A stretch of 64,000 nt of DNA. Origin: Hyaloraphidium curvatum SAG 235-1 (Eukaryota > Fungi > Monoblepharomycota). The stretch lies in assembly GCA_025558095.1 (NCBI GenBank), contig JAIVFI010000041.1, positions 408,504 through 472,503 on the forward strand. The letters are read 5' to 3'. Both the position numbers and the translations under genes were made by a program. Of the stretch, positions 1-10,753 are shown piece after piece. The notes beneath the pieces were generated by a model. It was not told the DNA's origin. It made no database searches and worked only from the letters and a program-made list of their open reading frames with translations. The number at the start of each line of letters is the position of its first letter. Position 1 is the stretch's first letter.

Positions 1-664
1 ATTGGAGCCCCAGCGACCGAAGCACAAGAGCGGCGGCGAATAGACGAAGGTGTGCGACGCGTCGAAGCGGGTTGCGGTAGGTCCACGGAGTTGAATCGGC
101 CCGGGAGACGCGGAGTTTCCGGAGATGAAGCGGTCCCTCCCTAGTCCGCCCGGCCGCCGCCCGACCGCCCGCCGACCACCCTACCACCCGAGGAACACGC
201 AGAAAGAGGTGAATCCAAAAAAGAACTGGTCAATCGAAGGTCCCGGAAGCGATGTTGCTGGCATCCGCCTTCCGGTGAAGTCTTTCGGACTCGATCCGCC
301 ACTGATGCCCCTGAAGGGCTTGGCGTTGAAGGACAGACCCGGCCAGGGGAAGCTAGTACGAAGATGGATGTTCAAAACTGGTCATCGTACACGGCGTCCG
401 AGAGATCCGCAGCGGATTGCTCGGATTCGAACGGCTGGCTCGCCCGAGGCGGTTGCTTGGCAGAAATGATTCACTCCCGAGGGCGTCGACGTGCTGGATC
501 CTGCGACATCTGCCATTCCCGAGGACACGCGAGAGGTTTACGATGGTGAGCTCGAGGAGATAGAGAAATTCTGCTTAGAGCTCGCACCTACGAATTCCCC
601 GCGGGGCATCCGTCCCCGGACCTCTCATCACTCCCAACTCCCCCCACCGCCCCCGACCGCAGCC

Positions 665-1938
665 ATGGCCCGTCTCGCCTCCGCCGCCGTTGCCGCGCTC
701 CTTGTGTCCGTCTTTGCGCTCGCCACCGCCCCGCGCGCGTCCGCGCTGCCCAACGACGCCGCCGCGAAGGCCTTCTGCCGCCGCAACTTCTGGACCGTCG
801 CGGTGCGCAGGCGCTCCTCCGCCCGCCGCGCGAGCTCGCCCTGACTTCTTTCGTCCTTTTCGCAGCCGGAGGTTGTCTCGACGACCACGCAGACGGTCTA
901 TACGGTGCGCCCCACCGCTGACTCGCGCGGAGCGAACCTTACCCTGGGCCGTCCGCGCGCAGACCTGGACCTACACCGCGTACCTCCCGATGCCGGGCAT
1001 GACCTCCGAGACGCCGTTGGCCACCACCGAGATCCCCAGCACGACGGAGCAGGTGGAGATTCGCACGCGGCTGGCGGTGTCGGGACCGCCGTCACTAATT
1101 GACTTCTCTCCGCCCTGCGTGCTCCGATCTTTTTCCTTCCATCCTCTTCTCGTTGCAGACTGCTTCGCTGAGCACCGTTGAGCCATCGATCACGCCGCTG
1201 TCGACCGCGGAGCCGACGACGGTCAGCGATCTGCGTGTCTCCGCTTCGGACCGCGCTGACCTTCTTTTCCTTCGCAGCTCTACCCGTGCACCGCCACTGT
1301 CTCGTACAACTACACTACGGTCATCGTCTCGCTGATCGAGAGCCCCGTGACAACCTTCGTTACCGAAACCTCGTTCTCTTCGGTTACCGTCGCGGTCACC
1401 TCGTTTATCACCCAAATCGAGACGCAGCAGGTCAACTTCACGACCACGATGGAAATCCCCACGACCGTAACCGTCACATCGGTGCGTTTGCTTTGGCGAC
1501 TTGGGCTCTAGCATGCATCTGACGTCGCGATCGCGCATGAAGACCCTCTTCGTCCTTCCCAAGACCACCTCGGCCGCCAAGGAGACCAGCAGCGGCACGG
1601 CTCCCGCTTCTGCGACCATCGCTGCGTCCACCGAGGAGCCCGCCATCTCGACTGCGAGTGGCCGACTTCGTCCGCGTGCCTATCGGCCTCGCTCACTTCC
1701 GCCCCTCGCAGACCGCCGCCCCGATCGTTTCGACCACCGACGCGGGACTCGTCACTAGCTCTGCTCCCGGACCGGCTTCCACCGCCGCCGTCGAAGGCCC
1801 GACCTCCAGCTTCGCCGGGCCCGGCGCGTCCCTCACGGCTTCCCGCACGACCCAGGTGAGACGGCCACGACTCCTCATCACCCGTTCGTCTCACCTTTCC
1901 CTGCCTCGCAGACTCTCGTTGCTCCCGCCAACTTCTAA
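665..1938 (+). CDS. Secreted Ser/Thr-rich mucin-like surface protein, 8 exons
   Basis: Signal peptide MARLASAAVAALLVSVFALATAPRASA. Introns 803-865, 905-962, 1053-1158, 1222-1277, 1482-1542, 1654-1711 (GC donor) and 1856-1911 join Thr-rich exons in frame to TAA at 1936-1938. Confidence 0.75.
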
Positions 1939-2039
1939 AGGGTGATCGATCGTTAGGGAGAGGACATGGATACCCGGTATTCATCGCGAGTATAGAGCAT
2001 GTAGAATCCATTGATTCCCAACGAGTTGTGGCGTTCGAT

Positions 2040-2709
2040 CTACTCTTCCTTCACGTCTTCCTTCTTTGCCTTCTGCTTCTTCCGAGTCGGAGCCTTTCCG
2101 GCGTCGCCTTCCTCCGCCGAAGCAGCCTTGCCGCGCTTCCCCCTCTTCGGAGCAGGCAGCTCCTGTGCGTCCTCCTCCGGCATCGGAACACCTCCACCGG
2201 CACGGCGCGCAGCTCGCTCTGCCCTCGACGTGGCCGTCCCGGTCAGAGGAGCCAGATGGCTTGCTCCCCGCGGGAAGACCAGCTCGTCTTCGGGCACTTC
2301 CGCGACCTTGCCCGTCGGCAGCACCCTCGTCCCGTCGCGGCGCTTCCAAAACTTGTGCTGGATGATAATGTCGATCTTGCTCGCTATCCCCTGTTCGCGG
2401 GCGGGGGCGGACGTCGGTCGGTGACTCCGCGGTCCCGGCGGGGCTTCCCACCTTCCCGACGCCGTCCATGACCTCCGCCGCCTTCTTGCCGTCCGTCACC
2501 GGCACGCCCATGTACCGCACGTTCTTCGCGAACCGGGAAAGCGCGCGGCCGGCCCAGTCATCGCCCTCGGCGAGCAGCGCGGTGGCGAGCTGTCCGATGA
2601 CGTCCGAGAGGAGCAGGTTCGGGTTCTCGTAGGGACCCCAAGGGGTTGGCCACGTCGGGGGAGGGGGTCTAGCCTCTTTGGAGCCGGAGGAGGTTGGCGG
2701 GGATGACAT
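2040..2709 (-). CDS. Stand-alone DNA polymerase X/beta 8-kDa (helix-hairpin-helix, dRP-lyase-like) domain protein with basic tail
   Basis: NLLLSDVIGQLA...GDDWAGRALSRFAKNV...MDGVGK|GIASKID after removing GT-AG intron 2391-2451. This resembles the Pol beta N-terminal HhH (GVGTKIAEKI). K/R-rich C-terminus. Confidence 0.65.
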
Positions 2710-3241
2710 TGGTGTAGGGGTGTGGTTCGTGCGGGACACAGTCGAATCCAAGAGCGGTCACACGAGCAGCTCGACGCCAGAAAATGGAACCGAATCGACA
2801 AAGACCAAACATTGTTCCATTTGTCAACATGCTGCTTTCTGTTTCCATGATTGAACTCCATCCACCAGGCACTGGCACAGGACCACCCTGACCGTGCCCC
2901 GCAGCGATTGCTAGAACTCCCTCGCGGCTCCCGCATCTGGCGCCTCCCAGTCGGCCGTTTTCATGCGCAGCAGCCCCAGCCTGTGGAATCCACAGGTCGC
3001 TTTGATGTCCGCAAAGTGGTCCGGCGAACGAAGGTCGAGAATCGGAGCTTGAAGCGCGGTCCCGGCGATCCATGTTGGGACTCCCAAAACGGTGATCGCA
3101 GAGGTGCGCTAAGTCCGCGCCCTCGATCACTAATTGACGGACCGACGAGAGGCCACACAGCTGGTGCCAAAGGTCAGCTGGCATCAGAGACGATGAGGTG
3201 TCGATCGCGAGGTAGAGCTTGACGAGGTGACGGCAGAGATT

Positions 3242-4297
3242 TCACGCGGGATCACAAGCCGGTTCCAAAAGCGCCAGCGAAGGCCCTGTGGGATCGAGCT
3301 CAGCCAGAATTCCCAGCGGCAGAATCAGCTGGGGATCCGTGTGCCCAAAGTCCATGTTGGCGACGATGGGCAGGTCCGAGCGCCCAAACTCGCCGGCGAC
3401 GATCTTGACTATCCGCTCCTCCAGCTCACGCTTTTGCGACGCAGTGTAGCCGCGCGCCCGGCCAAACAGGATTCCGGATACCCGGTCGAAGATGCCCTGC
3501 ATGCCGTAGTTCCGCAGGAACCAGCTGACCTGAGTCGGTGTGGGCACGTCCTCCGAGGTTTCGAAGAAGAGGATGCGGTCGTCCCAGAAGGACGTTGGAG
3601 GCCAGAATGCAGTACCTTTGAGGAACTCGAGCACCTCGATGCACCCGCCGAATAGCCTGCCCCGCACCGGCAATGCTCCTTGGAGCACCCGCCATCCGTC
3701 AGGATCCGGCTGTAGGGGCTCGATGAGGCCGGTATTGGCCGGTTCTACCCATTCCGGATACCGCTCACTGTAAACTCCGTACGGCCTGTACCTGTACGTC
3801 GACGGGGCGCCGAAGAGGATTTCGCGGAGGTGGTTGGCGAAAGCGGGGGGCAAGGCCCGCAACTGGGAGATGCCCGCCATCACCGACGGGCCGTTGAAGG
3901 CCACAAGACCAAGCTGGTTGACGAAGGTGAGGACGGCGGTCGTGTCCGAGAATCCCATGAGAATCTTCGGGTTCGCGGCGATGACCTCCCGGTCCAGGTA
4001 CGGCAGGATCCGAACCGAATCTTCGCCGCCGATGGACGTGACGACGGCGGCAATGTCCCGGTTGGCAAACGCGGCGTTGATGTCGGCAGCGCGCGCCCGC
4101 GGATCCGCACTGAGCTGCGCGGGCGTCCACCGCGCCGTCGGCATCTCGAGAACGCGCAGGCCGAGGTCTTCTCGCAGAACGGCAAGTCCCTGCTCGTAAA
4201 TATGCGGAAACACGGCAGGGCCGCCCCAAGAGGGTGAGAGCACCGCGACTGTGTCGCCCCGCCGCAGGTGGCGCGGTCGGCGCGGAGCGGCAGGCAT
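3242..4297 (-). CDS. Peptidase S66 (LD-carboxypeptidase / MccF-like), intronless
   Basis: LRRGDTVAVLSPS and SIGGEDS motifs; catalytic Ser (GFSDTT), Glu (FFETSE) and His (DFGHTDP). Confidence 0.9.
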   Translation of the reverse strand: MPAAPRRPRHLRRGDTVAVLSPSWGGPAVFPHIYEQGLAVLREDLGLRVLEMPTARWTPAQLSADPRARAADINAAFANRDIAAVVTSIGGEDSVRILPYLDREVIAANPKILMGFSDTTAVLTFVNQLGLVAFNGPSVMAGISQLRALPPAFANHLREILFGAPSTYRYRPYGVYSERYPEWVEPANTGLIEPLQPDPDGWRVLQGALPVRGRLFGGCIEVLEFLKGTAFWPPTSFWDDRILFFETSEDVPTPTQVSWFLRNYGMQGIFDRVSGILFGRARGYTASQKRELEERIVKIVAGEFGRSDLPIVANMDFGHTDPQLILPLGILAELDPTGPSLALLEPACDPA

Positions 4298-4688
4298 TGC
4301 GTCCGAGGATTCCATTCTGTTGTCAATCTTGAATGCGGAGGGCGTTCTGCGCGTTTTCGAGGGGATCCAGTACCCGCCGACAGAAGATTGGGAGGCAGAC
4401 CCCGCGAAGCTTTGGGGATGTGGAGATGTTGCGACGCCGTTCGTGGAGAAGCCGGTCGGCCTGGGCCGCGCTGCTCCGAATCGAGGTCTAGAGACACGTT
4501 TGAAGTAAGATGTAGTTATGCAAGTGCTGGACATCCGGTTCTTGATCTGTCCGATCGAGCGGATTATTGCTTGTTTGTCCGCCGGCCGGAGTCGAGTCAT
4601 CGACGACGCGCAAGCAGCTAAAGCACGAGCTCAGAGACGGCTCTGACAGACTCTACCCTCACTAGATTAAAGGCAGCAGCGAGGAGAG

Positions 4689-5303
4689 ATGCTCAAAGCT
4701 TTCTTCATGCCCTTCTTCGGACAGCCGTCGGGCCTCGCCGGCCGGATCGGCGGCTACATCATGGCCCGTTCCAACGCCGCGCAAGACTCCAAAGCAACCG
4801 CCCTCCTTCCCCTCGAACCTTCCGGAGAGCACAGGATCCTCGAGATTGGTTTTGGCCCGGGAACTCTGGTTGCCCACCTGCTCGATGCCTTCCCGCGGGC
4901 CACGGTTTGCGGGATCGACCCAAGCGCGGAGATGGTCGGGATGGCCAAGCAGCGCGTCGGCGACAAACCCCGGGCCGTGCTCGAGATCGGATCGGCGTCG
5001 AAGCTCCCGCATGAGGACGCCAAGTTCGACGCGGTGCTGGCCGTGAACACGTACCACCTCTGGCCCGACCCGACGGCTGGGACGCGCGAGGCCTTGCGGG
5101 TGCTCAAGCCTGGCGGACATCTGCTGTTCGTGATCCGGGTGCAAGGGCAGGGAGTGGCCTCTTCCGGGGGCGTCCCGCGAGAGGAGACCCAGGCGAGGCT
5201 GAAATCTGACCTGGACGAAGCCGGGGCGCGGATCGCAGACGAAAGGCTCGAGACCGGCGGCTGGGTCAGCGACCAGTGGTGGGTGCTGGCGAAGAAGGAG
5301 TGA
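4689..5303 (+). CDS. Class I SAM-dependent methyltransferase, intronless
   Basis: ILEIGFGPG motif I, GIDPSAEMV, LPHEDAKFDAV and LRVLKPGG; N-terminal FGQPSGLAGRIGG. Confidence 0.9.
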   Translation: MLKAFFMPFFGQPSGLAGRIGGYIMARSNAAQDSKATALLPLEPSGEHRILEIGFGPGTLVAHLLDAFPRATVCGIDPSAEMVGMAKQRVGDKPRAVLEIGSASKLPHEDAKFDAVLAVNTYHLWPDPTAGTREALRVLKPGGHLLFVIRVQGQGVASSGGVPREETQARLKSDLDEAGARIADERLETGGWVSDQWWVLAKKE

Positions 5304-5396
5304 TCTCGAGGGCAAAGTTCCGTCCATCCAAGACTTGTACAAACAGATCAATCTGTGATTGAAGCGTCCCTTCCCCAAGTCTGCCGGCCCCCCTCT

Positions 5397-6366
5397 TCAG
5401 TCCTCGATGTCGGGCTCGAAGAACACAAACCGGACGGCTGGGAACCTTTCCTTGATCGCCTTTTCGCACGCGTTGATGTTCATGGAGAGCTCCTTGACCG
5501 AAGGAACCTCCCGCATCGTCGCCTTGACGGCGACGATAACGTCCTCGCCGTTCTGCAGCGTGATGCAATTGAGCAGCGACGTGACATTCGGTTGGGCTGA
5601 GATGAAGTCGTTGATCGCCTTCCGGTCCTCCACCTCGACGGAGGTTCCAAGCAGCAGATGATAAACTTGGTAAGCCGTCATGCAGGCCACGATAACCAGC
5701 AACGCGCCAATGGCAATGCTCCCCGCGGCGTCGATCTTGGTGTTGCCCGTAGCGGTTGCGACCGAAACAGCGATGAGCGCCAGCGTCAGGCCGCAGATGG
5801 CCGCCGAATCCTCCCCGAGGACGACGATGAGCTCCGAGCTCCTCGTTTCACGGTACCACTTCCAAAGCGGCTTGTCGCCGCGCGCCTTGTTGATCTCCCG
5901 CACACACCCCCAGAGCGAGATGCCCTCGGCGAGGATCGAAAAGAGCAGCACGCCGATGGCCACCCACGGCGACGACAGCTCTTCCTGGTGCGTCGTGAGC
6001 TTTTCCACGCCCTCGTAGATGGAGAACATGCCGCCGATCGTGAACAGGAGGATCGCCACCAAGAAGCTCCAGAAGAAGAGGTCGCGGCCGTAGCCGAGAG
6101 GGTGGTTCTCGTCCGGTTTCCGCTTGGCGAGTCGGCGGCCGAGCAGGAGGAGCAACTGGTTCGCGCAGTCCGCAAACGAATCTGCGAGGACGTCAGGAAT
6201 CAGCTCGCCAGAAACGGTCCGAACACCCACGAATTGCCTCGGCCAGCATCGACGCCGAGCTCGTGATGAAGAAAGCGACGAGCTTGGCTATGGCTATGGC
6301 CAGGTTTGCGGCCAGCGCAAAGAGAATCGTCCTGATAGGGTTGGCCTCCCCTTCGCCGTGCCCCAT
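5397..6366 (-). CDS. Cation diffusion facilitator (Zn/Co/Cd efflux) transporter
   Basis: SASMLAEAI-H-SFADCANQ formed by splicing 6182-6230; HPLGYG and VLGEDSAA motifs; six hydrophobic segments; C-terminal FFEPD. Confidence 0.9.
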
Positions 6367-6923
6367 TTTCGGCCGGTTTCGTGGGCAATCGGGTGTCCGG
6401 GAAGGCACGAAATGAAGCGGCGACGCGGACGGCGGCTGCGTCCGTTCTCGACGGAAAGGCCCGGCCGACCGGGTGCCGAGGGCTCCCCGAGGACTACGGT
6501 ACTCCAAGAAGCGGTTCCCTCCGCAGGAGGCACGCTCGATGGGCAGGAGCGCAGCGAACGGGTTGACGGGGGCGGGGGTCTTCAGGGACCTGGCCACGCG
6601 AGCCTCACCAGCCCCTCTCCCCGGGTCGGTTCTTGCGCAGTCGGATCGGATCGGAGCACACCGCCGAAAGAAACAGATTCCTCCTCCTGGTATTTCGGTA
6701 TCCAGACACATGCTCAGTGTACAGTTGACGGGCAATGTGCCCCGTTTCCACAGCAGACCATCGAATCAGAGAAACCATACCGAACGAATCGATCCCCTCC
6801 AAGTAACCAAACCGTGAACAGTCCAACGTGAACCAGCTCCATGCACCCATGTAGAAGTCCGGGTCCCAGCCCGCCAGAGAATGGAAGGTAACCCCGCGCG
6901 TCCGAAAGCGGTGGCCGCCTCGA

Positions 6924-7838
6924 TCACCCCCACGCCTGCGGCTTGAACGCCTTGGCCTTGGCCAGCTTCTCCTCCTTCTCCTTCCTCAGCCGCTCCGCGC
7001 GCTCCTCCTCCTTCCTGCGCTTCTCCCTCTCCTTCTCCTCGACCATGGCCTTGTACCGCGGGTCGCGCCTCCGCACCGAGGCGGCGAGCCTGCGCACGGC
7101 CTCGGAGAACTCGACCTTCTCCCTGTGGCGGGCCGATTCTGAAGGGTTGCGGATCGAGAAGAAGGCAAAGAGGGATTCGAGCGGGTCTGGGCCGCGGAAG
7201 TCCTTGGCGGTCGAGAAGACCGAGAGCCTGACGTACAGGTCCGCGGGGTACGGGGATGAGGCGTCGCCGAACTCAAGCACCTCGTCGTGCTCGTCGTCGT
7301 CGCGTTTGCTGCGCCCCTTGCGGCCCTTCTTGCCCCTCGGCCGGCCCTCGAACTCCTCCCGCTCGCGCTGCTCGGCCCTGGCCTCGATCTCCTCCTCCTG
7401 CAGCGCGGCAAAGAGCTTCCCGTAGACGTCGTAGAAGGATCCCGGGCCCTCAAATCCCTTGTAGCAGGTTGGGGAGAACCAGCGGTACAGGTCGTGGACG
7501 TCGATCCAGGCTGACCCGGCGCCCCATCCTCCCTCAGAAGAGCCCGGGCTCCGCCTCCCCGACAGGATCTCCTCGCGGTGCAGATCGTACCACCTCTTCT
7601 CCGCCGGGTCCGAGAGCACCTCGTACGCCTCCTGCACCCTTTTGAACCTCTCCGTAGCCGCCGTCCCGGCGTCGCCGTCCGCGGAGCCCGAGTGCCGGTC
7701 GGGGTGCCACAGCAGCGCCTGCCGCTTGTACGCGGCCCGGATCTCGTCGGCGCCCGCGGAGTGGTCGAGCCCGAGCACGGCGTAGTGGCATTCGGGCGCG
7801 TCCGAGGGAGGCGTCTCCGGGCGGATGGGCGGGACCAT
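6924..7838 (-). CDS. J-domain protein, Jjj1/DNAJC21-like, apparently lacking the C-terminal zinc fingers
   Basis: CHYAVLGL...WHPDR...VQEAYEVLSDP..WYDLHREEIL, then FYDVY, the VRRRDPR motif and a charged coil. Confidence 0.8.
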   Translation of the reverse strand: MVPPIRPETPPSDAPECHYAVLGLDHSAGADEIRAAYKRQALLWHPDRHSGSADGDAGTAATERFKRVQEAYEVLSDPAEKRWYDLHREEILSGRRSPGSSEGGWGAGSAWIDVHDLYRWFSPTCYKGFEGPGSFYDVYGKLFAALQEEEIEARAEQREREEFEGRPRGKKGRKGRSKRDDDEHDEVLEFGDASSPYPADLYVRLSVFSTAKDFRGPDPLESLFAFFSIRNPSESARHREKVEFSEAVRRLAASVRRRDPRYKAMVEEKEREKRRKEEERAERLRKEKEEKLAKAKAFKPQAWG

Positions 7839-8268
7839 GGCGGCGCCGCGCGGGGGACCGGGCCGCGGAGGGCAGGGAGAGGGGTGGAATGCGCAACTGG
7901 AAGAGAGGAGACGGCGCAGAGAGACGCGGAGGGGCGGCTGCCGGGGTCGAGAAAACGGGAGAACGGGTTCTCAGAAGACGGTCGAGCCCGGGTTGATTAG
8001 CGAAACGCCGAACCAACGAAGGGAAGGCACAGGCGCTGCAGCAATCTAGGCGGGACATGCTTAACATCATAGATGTAACTCTGGCCTGGTGGTACCGCGG
8101 CTCTGCCGGTGGTCCACGAAACCGATCCGCCGAGATCGCCTCAAATCTGGAAGCTCCTCGAGGAACTTCGCGGCAAGAAATCAGGTCCTCCTCCGGCGGT
8201 AATCTATGGCAAGGTCCGCCCTCCCTCTTTCGCGACCTTCTGGGAGATCCAAAAGGCACCCCTCCCGT

Positions 8269-10246
8269 TCAGGCGCCTTCTCCGCCGTCGGCCCGGCCAT
8301 CCTCCTCGGAATTCTTGCGGGTCAGGATCTTGGCCAGCAGCCGGTCCGACACCATCATCGTCTCGGCAAACGCCCTCGTCAAATCGTCTACGTCCGTGTC
8401 CGATGGCGAGGCGGCCGGCTGGGGGCTCGGAGTGAGGTCGACTGCGAGCTGGACCCCCGAATCCGCGAGGAGCGCGACGATGCTGTCCATGAACGTGACC
8501 GCTAGGTGGCACAGGGGGTGAGGGTGAGGCACGGCAAAGATGCGAGCGATGCGGCGGCGACCCACCCGCGGGGAGCACCTCGGCAAAGGCCGCCATGTAC
8601 TTGAGGCCGGTACGGATGTCGCGCAGCACCATCGACGCGCCGCCGGCCCTGGCCACGGCCGCCTGGAGGGTGACCGACCTCAGGGCGCCCATGTACGACG
8701 TCAGGTGGCAGTGCCTGAGCATGGGTTCCCGGGCGAGCAGCGCCTCCATGAGCCGGGTTGCGACGATGCCGGCTTCCAGGGCAGCGGCTAGCGGCCGCGA
8801 CGAGAAGAAGGCCCCCGTAGCGGTCGCGGGGTTCCCCGCCACCCACGCAGAAACAGGGAGGGATTGGAAAGCGAGGAGCAGGGAGACCACGGATTCCGCG
8901 GCCGCCGTGCTGCCCAGGTACTCGTCCGCGCGTGCAAAAAGCGGTTCCGGGTCTCCGGCAGCGAGCGCAGATCCGATCGGCTCCGGCATCGCCCGGTGGA
9001 GCTCGGCGACGAGACGGCCCGGCAGCTCCGTGCGCCAGCGGTGGTCCGCATCGGAGGGGGAATCCAAGGCGGGATCCTGCGCGGCCAGGGCGAGGAGGTC
9101 CACCCCGTCCCGGGCGGCCCGGTCCCGGGCGCGGGCTTGGAGGCCGGTGAAGAGGTCGAAGAGGTAGATGAAGACGTATCTGCTGGCCCGCAGGCTAAAG
9201 ACGGCGCCGACCAGCTTGTGGACAAGCCGCGTGCACGAGTCAAAGTCCGGATCGGCGGCGAGGAAAGGGGACGGATCCGCGACGACGCGTTCGCCCTGCG
9301 AGGCGGCGAAGAGGGCGAATGCGTGTTCCGCCGACGGCATGTCGAAGAAAATATCGTGGCAGGGCATCAGCACACGGCCGGAAAAGTAGGAGAACGGCTC
9401 CCTCTCGGCTGGCGTCGTCGAGACTGCGACAGTGTTCGCATCGGTGTGCCCCACGTCGATGGCGCAACGTATGGCCATTTCCGACGACAGCCACTCGACG
9501 ACGTCCCGCGGGGCGAAAACGCCGCCAAAGGGGATGCCGTCCGGGCCGGTGACTGGGCGGAAGATCCGGTCCAGCAGGTCTCTGGCCCTCGTGCGCACGG
9601 CAGGGAGCTCGGTCGTGAGCCCGTACCCGATGTGGTAGCGCATGAGGAATGTCAACACCTGAACGGCCTCGAGGATCGTCATGGTCGGCGCTCCCGGCCC
9701 GTCGAATCCGTCCCGGAACAGCTGCATCGCTTGCTGGAAGTACCCCTCGACAATCTTCCACCGCTGCTCCTTCGAGATTCCCGGAGCGCTGAGAAACGAG
9801 CCTCCGCAGGCAGCCACGACGCACATGAGCGCAGCGGGCTTGTGCGGCCCGTAGACGCGGGAGGGCGGCCTGAGGAACGCGGCCTCGAACGTCTCTCGGT
9901 GCACCGCGCCGCCGGGGGCGTGGGTGGTCTCCCAGTGTAGAGAGATGCACGCGAAAAGAAAATCTGGCTGAGCCAGGATGCCTTCGGGCCCGGGGGACGC
10001 GTCGGAAGCCGCACGGCCCGGGCCGGCCGGACCCGGATTCCCGCGGGGCCCATCCGCGCCCGCCCGCTCCTCGCAGGGCTGCCCCAACCGAGCACACCTG
10101 TCGCAGGGCGCCGATGGGTCGTCGGGCCACGTGCAACGTTTCTTCCTGAGCCGGCAGGTTCGGCAGGCGGGCCGGACCGGTGTCCGCGACGTCGACTGCT
10201 CCGGTCCCGCGGAATCCCGCAGAGGCGCGCCGGGCGGCGCTGCCAT
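8269..10246 (-). CDS. Zn(II)2Cys6 fungal transcription factor (paralog 1)
   Basis: CRTCRLRKKRC...CDRCARLGQPC; fungal TF middle-homology motifs (HRETFEAAF, LEAVQ, MPCHD); intron near 8503-8564, last exon ends at 8269. Confidence 0.88.
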
Positions 10247-10753
10247 CGTGTCTGGAGACCCTTGGCACGGGACGGACAACACCGAGAGCGGCAGAGAGAG
10301 TCCGGGCCCTATCACTGACGAAGCATTGTGTTTGGTTCGAGCTGGGTTGCCACTGCGGGCTTCTTCCGGGCGACGAATACTCCGCTACTCCGCCGAGTCC
10401 CCTGCGCAGCTTGATGCTTTGCTTGGCAACGAAGAACGCATATGGAGGAGAACAGGGGCTATTGAAGCTTTGTCGCTGCGCAACGGGGAGAGTCCTTCTA
10501 CATCAGCACCGTTACCATCTCTGTCCAGCATCCAGTCTCCATTGCGTTCCATTGAAGCCGTGGCGGGGATTGATTGCGGACACTTTGGGGCCAAATCGGT
10601 CTCCGTTTCGCCCGAACGGAATCTGGCCGACGTGGCCCGGTTCAGGCGCGGACCGAGACTCCTCCACCGACCCCACCGACCTACGTTCCGACCAAGCAAC
10701 CCTGGACACAGCCATGGCTTCGTGAACTCCGTCGACAGGCTTGGTCTTCCCAA

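Noticed and set aside
1-600. Short ORFs at the window start
   Set aside because: No motif or consistent frame that I can support.
2760-3235. ORFs 2669-3184 and 2851-3222
   Set aside because: No recognisable domain or codon bias; treated as intergenic.
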